Part shown: positions 19,793 through 27,545 of the stretch, piece after piece
How the letters are laid out: each line of letters begins with the position of its first letter
Position numbering within the stretch: the stretch's first letter is position 1
From: Akkermansia muciniphila ATCC BAA-835
GTDB lineage: Bacteria; Verrucomicrobiota; Verrucomicrobiia; Verrucomicrobiales; Akkermansiaceae
Length of the DNA stretch: 32,000 nucleotides
NCBI RefSeq assembly: GCF_000020225.1
Contig: NC_010655.1
Coordinates: 2,460,001-2,492,000, forward strand
Reading direction: 5' to 3'
Notes under the pieces: model-generated
Seen by the model: the letters and a program-made list of their open reading frames with translations, nothing else
Told to the model about the DNA's origin: nothing
Database searches by the model: none
Made by a program: the position numbers and the translations under genes

Positions 19793-19932
19793 AATAAAGG
19801 AGCCCCAAACCGCAGCAGCCTCTTCCGCGCGGCACAGAGGCAAGTCACATATTATACATTTGTTTAATTAAATTATCCCTTCATTATGCAAAGGTTACAG
19901 ATATTTTGCAGAATTCAGAACACATCTTTGCG

Positions 19933-19961
19933 TTGACTTTGCAAGAAAAAGAAGAGAAAAT
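19933..19961 (+). promoter_or_regulatory. Putative promoter of the MFP-RND-OMF operon
   Basis: TTGACT (19933-19938), 17-nt spacer, GAAAAT (19956-19961), in an AT-rich spacer about 55 nt upstream of ATG 20015. Confidence 0.35.
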
Positions 19962-20014
19962 TCTTCCGCTTTGCCGCATCTTCCGGCACCAGCCGCAACC
20001 AACCGCATTCATTT

Positions 20015-21274
20015 ATGTATAATAAGCCTTTGACGTTTGCCGCAACAACCCTGCTCCTTTGCTCCCCGGTGATGATATTAACTTCCTGCGAAGGGGAAAA
20101 GGATTCCGCAGCCCAGGCGCCGGCGCTCGTTCCCGAAGTGCAGGTGACCAAACTGGTCACGAAGGATGTTCCCATCAGGCAGGAATGGGTGGGCACCCTG
20201 CGCGGCACGGAAGATGCCGAAATCCGCTCCCAGGTGACGGGATACCTTCTTTCCAAGGATTACCGGGACGGCGCTTATGTCAAGAAGGGCCAGGTGCTTT
20301 TCCAGATTGATCCCCGCCCGTTCCAGGCAACGCTGGACCAGGCCCAGGGGAGACTGGAACAATATGAAGCCACGCTGAAAAAATACAAGCTGGACGTGGA
20401 ACGCTATACCCCGCTGGTGAAAACCGGCTCCGTCAGCCGCAAGCAGCTGGACGACGCCCTGCAGCAGGTCCAGGAAACGGAAGCCGCCATCGCCACGGCA
20501 AAGGCCCAGGTGGATGAAGCAAAAATCAATCTTAAATTCACCACCATTACAGCCCCCATTTCCGGCCTGGCCGGCCTGGCAACCCCTTCCATCGGCAACC
20601 TGCTGACGCCCTCCAGCCCCACGCCGCTGACCACCATTTCCTCCATTGACCCCATTCGGGTGGATTTCTCCGTAAGCGAACGGGACTTCCTGAACTCCAT
20701 GGACAATAATCTGACCAGGCAGAAGCACCTCAAATTTGACGTGATTCTTGCCAACGGCACGGAATATCCCATGCAGGGCGAACCCGTGGCCATTGACAGG
20801 AATGTGGATGCCCAGACCGGTACCATCAACATCGTCGGGCATATTCCCAATCCGAACCTGACGCTGCGGCCCGGCATGTTCGTCCGCGTCCGCGCCACGG
20901 TGAAAACGCTGGAAAACGCCGCGCTGGTGCCTCCGCGCGCCATTCTGTCCGCCCAGAGCGCCAAATTCATCATTTACCTGGATGACAAGAACATTCCCCA
21001 CATGCAGGTCGTCAACCTCGGCCCCGTTGTTGACGGCATGCAGGTAATCAACATCATTCCCATGCCGCACTCCACCTTCACGAAGGACAGCCCCATCGTG
21101 GTGGAGGGAATCATGCAGGCGGCCAAGGTGCAGGGACAAGCCCCCGTCAAGCCGCTTCCCTACAAGCCCGTAGTTTCCCAGCCCGTCATGCCCTCCATAG
21201 GGGCCCAGTCCTTTGAAAAGGCCAGGACGCCAGAAGGCATGAAGGATGGAGAAGCCCAGCCGTCCGCCAAGTAA
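20015..21274 (+). CDS. RND efflux periplasmic adaptor lipoprotein (AcrA/MexA family)
   Basis: Lipobox MILTSC. GTLRGTEDAEIRSQVTGYL, GQVLFQIDPRPF, coiled-coil hairpin, FTTITAPISGLAG. Followed by an AcrB-type gene. Confidence 0.94.
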   Translation: MYNKPLTFAATTLLLCSPVMILTSCEGEKDSAAQAPALVPEVQVTKLVTKDVPIRQEWVGTLRGTEDAEIRSQVTGYLLSKDYRDGAYVKKGQVLFQIDPRPFQATLDQAQGRLEQYEATLKKYKLDVERYTPLVKTGSVSRKQLDDALQQVQETEAAIATAKAQVDEAKINLKFTTITAPISGLAGLATPSIGNLLTPSSPTPLTTISSIDPIRVDFSVSERDFLNSMDNNLTRQKHLKFDVILANGTEYPMQGEPVAIDRNVDAQTGTINIVGHIPNPNLTLRPGMFVRVRATVKTLENAALVPPRAILSAQSAKFIIYLDDKNIPHMQVVNLGPVVDGMQVINIIPMPHSTFTKDSPIVVEGIMQAAKVQGQAPVKPLPYKPVVSQPVMPSIGAQSFEKARTPEGMKDGEAQPSAK

Positions 21275-21335
21275 CCTCCCTTATCCGGAGACCCACCATC
21301 TTCCCTTTTCCCGCGCATTTTCATGATTTAACGCC

Positions 21336-24300
21336 ATGTCCAGCTTCTTCATCAAACACCCGACCATTGCCATCGTCATCTCGATCGTGATGATCCTGCT
21401 CGGCGGCCTGTCCCTGATGGGGCTGCCCATTGAGCAGTATCCGAACATCGTCCCGCCCACCATCAAGATGCAGGCGACCTACCCGGGCGCGAATGCGGAG
21501 ACGGTGGCCAATTCCGTAGCCTCCCCCATTGAGCAGTCCATTTCCGGCGTCGTGGGGATGGATTACATGACTTCCACCAACGCCAACAACGGCATTTGCT
21601 CCCTGAGCATCGTCTTTGAAGTTGGCACGGACCCCAACATGGACCAGACTCTGGCCTACATGCGCTACGGGCAGGCCACCGCCCAGATTCCCGCGGAGGT
21701 CTCCCAGATGGGCATCACCATCACGCAGTCCACAGGCAGCCCGCTGGCCGTAATCAACCTGTATTCTCCGGATGACAGCCTGAACGCCATCTTCCTGAGC
21801 AACTATGCCTACGTGAGCCTGGTGGACCCCGTGAAACGCGTTCCCGGCGTGGGCGACGTGCAGGTGTTCGGCGCAGGCCGCTACGCCATGCGCATCTGGC
21901 TGGACACCACCAAAATGGCCGCTCAGAACATCTCCGTGGGAGAAGTCCAATCCGCCATCCAGGCGCAGAACACCGTGATTCCCGGCGGCCAGATCGGCGC
22001 GGAGCCGGCCCCTCCCGGAACGGAATTCACATACAGCATCCAGACCAAGGGACGCCTTCAGACGGCTGAAGAATTCGGCAACATCATCATCCGTGCGGAC
22101 GGGAACAAGCTTCTTTACCTGAAAGACATCGCCAAGGTGGAGCTGGGTTCCCAGACTTATAACGTATCCAGTAAATACAACGGCAGGGATTCCGGCGCCA
22201 TCGCCGTGTACGCCGCTCCCGGCTCCAACGCCATCAACACAGTGGACGCCCTGGTCAAGCTCTTTGAAGACCGCTCCCGCAGCTTCCCCGCCGGAATGGA
22301 ATACAACCTGACGCTGGACACCACGCTGGCCGTGCGCGCCTCCATTGAGGAAATTGAGCACACGCTGCTGGAAGCCCTCCTGCTGGTGGTTCTGGTGGTG
22401 TTCGTCTTCCTGCAAGGCTGGCGCGCCACGCTGATTCCGGCCATCGCCGTTCCGGTTTCCATCATCGCCACCTTCGCGCTGTTTCCGCTCCTGGGCTTCA
22501 CGTTGAATACCATCTGCCTCATGGGCATGGTGCTGGCCATCGGCCTGGTGGTGGATGACGCCATTGTGGTGGTGGAAGCCGTGGAATCCCACATGGAGCG
22601 CGGCCTCACGCCCCGCCAGGCGGCCTTCGCCGCCATGGAGGAAGTATCCGGCCCCGTCATCGCCATCGCCCTGGTGCTGGCGGCGGTGTTCCTGCCCTCC
22701 CTGCTGCTGCCGGGCATTACAGGCACGCTCTTCCAGCAGTTTGCCGTGACCATCGCCATTTCCATGCTCATTTCCGCGTTCAACGCGCTGACGCTCTCCC
22801 CGGCGCTGTCCGCCATTCTGCTCAAACCCAAGGACCCGACCAAGGGCGGCCCGCTGAAATTCTTCTACCGCGTTTTCAACCGCAGTTATGACGCCACGGC
22901 CAGTGGCTACACCAAAGTGTGCCACTTCCTGACCCGCAAGCTCATCATCTCCATTCCGCTGCTGGCTCTGATCGCCTACGCGATTGTCCCCGTAGCCAAG
23001 AAAATCCCCAACGGCTTCCTGCCGGACGAAGACCAGGGCTACCTGTTCGCGGCCCTGATCATGCCGGAAGCCCGTTCCCTCCAGCTGACTACGGCCGCCG
23101 CGGACAAAGTTTCCGAACTCATCCGCCAGAACCCGAACGTAAAAGACGTGATTGCCATCTCCGGCTTCAGCCTGCTGACGGGCGTGCAGAGCACGAACAA
23201 CGCCTTCTTCTTCGTCATGCTCAAGCCCTGGGAGGAACGCCCCAATCCGGACCAGAGCGCCCAGGCGGTCACCGCCCAGCTGAACGCCCTGCTGACCACG
23301 AAAGTTTCCGAAGGCATCACCATGTGCTTCCAGCCTCCGGCCATTGCGGGGGTAGGTTCCGCCAACGGCGTCACCTTCATGCTGGAAGACCGCGACGGCA
23401 AGGGCACGGAATACCTGGCGGAACAAACGGACATCTTTGTGAAGGAAGCGAACAAGCTTCCGATATTCGACCCGAACAACAACGGCGGCGTGCGCAGCGT
23501 GATGTCCTTCGCCGTGGAACAGAAAGATGTGCGGCTGGATGAAGAAAAATGCGCCACGCTGGGCGTCAGCATCAGTGAAGCCAACAGCCTGCTCCAGGCC
23601 TACATGGGTTCCCTGTTCATCAACTACATCACCCTTTACGGCCAGCAGTGGCAAGTGTACATCCAGGCGCAGGGCAGTGACCGCACCGGAACGGACATGC
23701 TCAAAAACTTCTACGTGAAGAACAACACGGGAAGCTCCGTCCCCCTCTCCACCCTCGTGAAAATCACGGATATCAAAGGGCCGGAATTCCTGCTGCGCCA
23801 AAACCTGTACAACTCATCCAAGCTCATGGTCACGCCCGCCCAGGGCTACTCCAACTCCCAGGCCATGGAGGCGCTGGAAAAAACCTTTGAAGCCAGCATG
23901 CCTTCCGACATGGGCTACAGCTATGCGGACATGAGCTACCAGGAACAAAAAATCCAGAACGGTATCGGCATCGTGCAGATTTTCCTGCTCTCCTCCGTCT
24001 TTGTCTTCCTGATTCTGGCGGCCCTGTATGAACGGTGGTCCCTGCCCCTCAGCATCTTCATGACGGTGCCCATCGCTGCCCTCGGCGCGTTCCTGGGCCT
24101 GTACTGGTTCGGTTATGAATTGAACCTGTACGCGCAAATCGGCCTGGTGATGCTCATCGGCCTGGCGGCCAAGAATGCCATTCTGATTGTGGAATTCGCC
24201 GTCATTGAAATGGAACGCGGCAAAACGCTGATGGAAGCGACGCTTTCCGCCGCAAGAATCCGCCTGCGCCCCATCCTGATGACATCCTTCGCTTTCATTC

Positions 24301-24551
24301 TGGGCTGCGTTCCGCTGGCGCTGGCCTCCGGTTCCGGCGCTTATTCCCGCAATATCATCGGAATCGTGGTCATTGCCGGGATGACGATGGCGACGGTCGT
24401 GGGCATTTTCCTGATTCCGTGCTCCTTCTACTTCATCATGAAGCTCTTCCGCGTACGCATCGCCCGGAAGACGGTGGAAACGGAAGACCCGGACGAAATC
24501 ATCGCCCGCAAACACCTGTTCCACGAAGCCCATGAATCATTAAAAGGGTAA
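21336..24551 (+). CDS. RND efflux permease (AcrB/MexB family)
   Basis: 1071 aa. MSSFFIKHPTIAIVISIVMILLGG, GLVVDDAIVVVE, 12-TM/two-loop architecture. Paralogous to 3586-6693. Confidence 0.96.
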   Translation: MSSFFIKHPTIAIVISIVMILLGGLSLMGLPIEQYPNIVPPTIKMQATYPGANAETVANSVASPIEQSISGVVGMDYMTSTNANNGICSLSIVFEVGTDPNMDQTLAYMRYGQATAQIPAEVSQMGITITQSTGSPLAVINLYSPDDSLNAIFLSNYAYVSLVDPVKRVPGVGDVQVFGAGRYAMRIWLDTTKMAAQNISVGEVQSAIQAQNTVIPGGQIGAEPAPPGTEFTYSIQTKGRLQTAEEFGNIIIRADGNKLLYLKDIAKVELGSQTYNVSSKYNGRDSGAIAVYAAPGSNAINTVDALVKLFEDRSRSFPAGMEYNLTLDTTLAVRASIEEIEHTLLEALLLVVLVVFVFLQGWRATLIPAIAVPVSIIATFALFPLLGFTLNTICLMGMVLAIGLVVDDAIVVVEAVESHMERGLTPRQAAFAAMEEVSGPVIAIALVLAAVFLPSLLLPGITGTLFQQFAVTIAISMLISAFNALTLSPALSAILLKPKDPTKGGPLKFFYRVFNRSYDATASGYTKVCHFLTRKLIISIPLLALIAYAIVPVAKKIPNGFLPDEDQGYLFAALIMPEARSLQLTTAAADKVSELIRQNPNVKDVIAISGFSLLTGVQSTNNAFFFVMLKPWEERPNPDQSAQAVTAQLNALLTTKVSEGITMCFQPPAIAGVGSANGVTFMLEDRDGKGTEYLAEQTDIFVKEANKLPIFDPNNNGGVRSVMSFAVEQKDVRLDEEKCATLGVSISEANSLLQAYMGSLFINYITLYGQQWQVYIQAQGSDRTGTDMLKNFYVKNNTGSSVPLSTLVKITDIKGPEFLLRQNLYNSSKLMVTPAQGYSNSQAMEALEKTFEASMPSDMGYSYADMSYQEQKIQNGIGIVQIFLLSSVFVFLILAALYERWSLPLSIFMTVPIAALGAFLGLYWFGYELNLYAQIGLVMLIGLAAKNAILIVEFAVIEMERGKTLMEATLSAARIRLRPILMTSFAFILGCVPLALASGSGAYSRNIIGIVVIAGMTMATVVGIFLIPCSFYFIMKLFRVRIARKTVETEDPDEIIARKHLFHEAHESLKG

Positions 24552-24590
24552 AACCGCCCCTGCAACCATCTAAAAACAGACTAAACGCAT

Positions 24591-26024
24591 ATGCGAACAA
24601 ACCCATACATCACACGCGCCATCCTGCTGGGAACGGCTTTTGCCGCCTCCTCCTGCATGATGGGCCCCGACTTCAAACCGGTGGACATGCCCATGCCTGC
24701 GGCATTCAGGGGAGCCCCTGCAGCGACGGAATCCATTGCGGACCTTCCCTGGTGGAAAGTTTTCAAAAACAAGGACCTTCAGGACCTCCTGACGGACACC
24801 TACAATAACAACCGCGATTTGAAAGCTACCATGGCGCGCGTGGAAAAGGCACGCCAGTACATCACCATCACGGAGGCCCCGCTCTTCCCGTGGGCGGATT
24901 ATTCCGGCTCCGTCAGCAAAGGCTCCAACTATACCGGCGGCAGCATCGCCCAGACTACCGGAACCACACTGACGCCTGGAGCGATTGATGCCGGCATTTC
25001 CTGGGAACTGGATATCTGGGGCAAAACGCGCCGGATGACGGAAGCGGCCCGCGCGGATTATCTGGCTTCCGACGAAGGCCAGCGCGCGCTCATGCTTTCC
25101 CTGCTCCGCCAGGTGGCGGACTCCTACCTCCAGCTCCTCCAGCTGGACGAACAGCTTGCCATCGTGCAGAAATCCGTGGAATCCTATTCCGAAAGCCTGC
25201 GCCTGTTTGACGAACAGCTTGAAGGCCAGGTAGGCGACAGGCTTCAGGTGGCTTCCGCCAAGGCGGCTCTGGCCTCCTCCCAGGCCCAGATTCCCGCCAT
25301 TCAGGTGCAAATTGCCAATCTGGAAAATGCAGTCTCCGTCCTGGCCGGACGCGCTCCCGGCCATATCCGCCGTTCCGGCAGCACCCGGGACATCGCCTAT
25401 AACGTCAAGGTTCCCGCCGGCATTCCGGCCTACATCCTTTCCAGAAGGCCTGACGTCCGCCAGAGCGAATACCAGCTGCGCGCCGCCAATGCGGAAGTGG
25501 GCGTGGCCATTGCCAATTACTTCCCGACCATCTCCCTGACGGCGGCGGGCGGCCTCGCCTCCGCGGATCTGCGCCACGTGCAGGGGCGCCGCGGCGGCTG
25601 GGGCCTGGGAGCCAATCTGACCGGCCCCCTCTTCCAGGCGGGCAAGCTGACGGCTTCCGAAAAGGCGGCCAAGGCCGAATTCCTGGCGGCCAGAAACGAT
25701 TATGAACAAACGGTTCTCAATGCCCTGGCGGAAGTTTCCAGCACGCTTATCCAGAGGGACAAGCTGCGCAGCATCACCGCCACCCAGTCCGAGGCCGTGG
25801 AAGCCTACCACACGGCGGTGAAACTCTCCTTTGAACGCTACCGCACGGGCCTTTCCAATTACATTGAAGTATTGTACGCCCAGCAGAACCTGTACCCCGC
25901 TCAGATTCAGCTTTCACAGTATTATTACCAGCACGCCAGCACGCTGGTTTCCCTGTACACGGCCCTGGGCGGCGGCTGGAACATGAGCCACAAGGCTATC
26001 ATGGACGGCCCTGCCAGGCAGTAA
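24591..26024 (+). CDS. RND efflux outer-membrane factor lipoprotein (NodT/OprM family)
   Basis: 477 aa. Lipobox FAASSC followed by MGPDFKPV, WWKVFKNKDLQDL, two OEP repeats, C-terminal LYTALGGGW. Confidence 0.94.
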   Translation: MRTNPYITRAILLGTAFAASSCMMGPDFKPVDMPMPAAFRGAPAATESIADLPWWKVFKNKDLQDLLTDTYNNNRDLKATMARVEKARQYITITEAPLFPWADYSGSVSKGSNYTGGSIAQTTGTTLTPGAIDAGISWELDIWGKTRRMTEAARADYLASDEGQRALMLSLLRQVADSYLQLLQLDEQLAIVQKSVESYSESLRLFDEQLEGQVGDRLQVASAKAALASSQAQIPAIQVQIANLENAVSVLAGRAPGHIRRSGSTRDIAYNVKVPAGIPAYILSRRPDVRQSEYQLRAANAEVGVAIANYFPTISLTAAGGLASADLRHVQGRRGGWGLGANLTGPLFQAGKLTASEKAAKAEFLAARNDYEQTVLNALAEVSSTLIQRDKLRSITATQSEAVEAYHTAVKLSFERYRTGLSNYIEVLYAQQNLYPAQIQLSQYYYQHASTLVSLYTALGGGWNMSHKAIMDGPARQ

Positions 26025-26066
26025 AACGCGCCCCTTAAAACAGGGAATTTTCCTGACTGTTTTTTC

Positions 26067-26106
26067 ATCCTCCGGCAAGTACGGCTTGCCGGAGGATTTG
26101 TTTTCC
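26067..26106 (+). terminator. Intrinsic terminator of the MFP-RND-OMF operon
   Basis: 13-bp perfect stem atcctccggcaag (26067-26079) / cttgccggaggat (26085-26097), 5-nt loop, then ttgttttcc. Confidence 0.88.
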
Positions 26107-26468
26107 GGCCATGGGGAAAACGCCGGTTCTCCAACTGCCTCCCCGTCCTGTCCGGAGACTGCGGGCCTCCTTCACCCGGCCGCAGGAACCGCGGGCCGGG
26201 AACGGAATTCCCAACGGAGAGGCCCTTTCTCCTGTTCTTCCTCACATCCGGAAAGTGCAAGGTCTCCAGCTGTCCCCCTCTCTTCTTTCCCCGCAGAAAC
26301 GGAGGCCTTGTCGGAATCGATTCAATTTCCGCCCACTCACGGTCAACAGGCCGCGGAACAATTTCATTTCGTTTTTCAGGAATGAATGACCGTTGCTCCC
26401 GATATTCCATCATTTCCAATAAGGCAAGGCATCTCCTGCTTTTTTATCCCTGATGTTCAACCTCCTGC

Positions 26469-26483
26469 CGGATTCCTAATCCG
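26469..26483. promoter_or_regulatory. Palindromic site CGGATT-CCT-AATCCG (copy 1)
   Basis: 6+6 perfect inverted arms. It is the exact reverse complement of the 15-mer at 26634-26648. Confidence 0.4.
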
Positions 26484-26633
26484 TTTGCGGCATCCTGCCC
26501 TTCCAACAGGAGTCAAGGCAGGAAAATCATGGCAAAAGAAATGGACCGGAAAAGACCAGCACCCGGCAATACTAATGAAAGTTAATGCATTACATCAAAT
26601 AACACACTTATCATCAATATTTTTAATTGTTGG

Positions 26634-26648
26634 CGGATTAGGAATCCG
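26634..26648. promoter_or_regulatory. Palindromic site CGGATT-AGG-AATCCG (copy 2)
   Basis: Same palindrome, 47-61 nt upstream of ATG 26695, inside the AT-rich presumed promoter region. A further GGAATCC half-site is at 26658-26664. Confidence 0.4.
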
Positions 26649-26694
26649 ATAAAAAGCGGAATCCCTTTATGCAAGGGCTTTTCTACCAATTGAC

Positions 26695-27450
26695 ATGAAG
26701 ACTAAATATCTTGCCCTCCTGATCGCCGCCATGGGAAGCAGCCTGTCCTTCGGGGCTTCCATCGACGGCCTGGACGCGGCTTATTCAAAAGATTCCACCG
26801 TCTATGACGGAACCTCCGGCGATGCGTTGACTGTATCCTCCCCCACGACTATTGGCGTAAACAACACCGCCCACTGGACAATGGCTTTCACGATTTCCGG
26901 TCTGGGAAGCACTTCAGAGTCAAATGTAGGATTGCTGTTTACCTATAATACCGGCTCTTACAAAAATCTGGAAGGGTTGGGGTTTCAACTTTCGGAGTCA
27001 GGAGATCTCACCCTGTGCGCCGGAGGTTTTGCTTACAACGGAGGCTCTAATTCCTCCCCCTGGAAAGCACAAACGTTTTCCGATTATTCCACCAGCAAGC
27101 CTCTGACCCTGTTTTACACATTCAATGCAGGGAATGTCTCTATCTCCGCCATGCTGGGCAACGACACATCCACACTGACCACGCTGACCACATTGAGCAG
27201 CGGCGCTTCCTTCAGCAACCAAAACATGACCCAGATCAATTTTTCCGCCAAAGACGCCTCCGGAAACACATGGAGCGCTCCGAACGGAATCACGGGAGAA
27301 TACACCTTGAATAATTTTGACCTGTACACGGCCGTTTTGACAGAAGACCAGATGAGGGAATATGCCCTGAGCGCCGTTCCGGAACCGGCTGCGGCCTCTC
27401 TCGGCCTGCTGGGGCTGGGTATCTTTCTGATGCGCCGCCGCAGGGCCTGA
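26695..27450 (+). CDS. PEP-CTERM-anchored secreted protein with LamG/concanavalin-like jelly-roll domain
   Basis: Signal peptide MKTKYLALLIAAMGSSLSFGAS. LamG-like C-terminal strand ...YTLNNFDLYTAVLTEDQMREYA. C-terminal sorting signal VPEPAAASLGLLGLGIFLMRRRRA. Confidence 0.85.
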   Translation: MKTKYLALLIAAMGSSLSFGASIDGLDAAYSKDSTVYDGTSGDALTVSSPTTIGVNNTAHWTMAFTISGLGSTSESNVGLLFTYNTGSYKNLEGLGFQLSESGDLTLCAGGFAYNGGSNSSPWKAQTFSDYSTSKPLTLFYTFNAGNVSISAMLGNDTSTLTTLTTLSSGASFSNQNMTQINFSAKDASGNTWSAPNGITGEYTLNNFDLYTAVLTEDQMREYALSAVPEPAAASLGLLGLGIFLMRRRRA

Positions 27451-27464
27451 CTTTTTCCTTATCG

Positions 27465-27502
27465 CGTCCATTCCTGCTCCGTTCAGGGATGGACGTTTTC
27501 TT
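27465..27502 (+). terminator. Intrinsic terminator after the first PEP-CTERM gene
   Basis: 12-bp stem (cgtccattcctg / cagggatggacg, one G-U pair), 7-nt loop, followed by ttttctt. Confidence 0.65.
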
Positions 27503-27545
27503 AACTCTTTTTCAAATATCCTTTTCATTTTTCCTTGACGCTCTG

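Noticed and set aside
26230-26260. ccggaaagtgcaaggtc resembling RNase P (GGAAAGTCC) or SRP RNA motifs
   Set aside because: Only a partial hexamer-level resemblance. None of the surrounding conserved helices or motifs of RNase P, SRP, 6S or tmRNA could be traced.
27489-27545. Upstream extension of the large PEP-CTERM ORF
   Set aside because: The extension lies inside the preceding terminator hairpin and T-run. A canonical signal peptide begins at ATG 27546.
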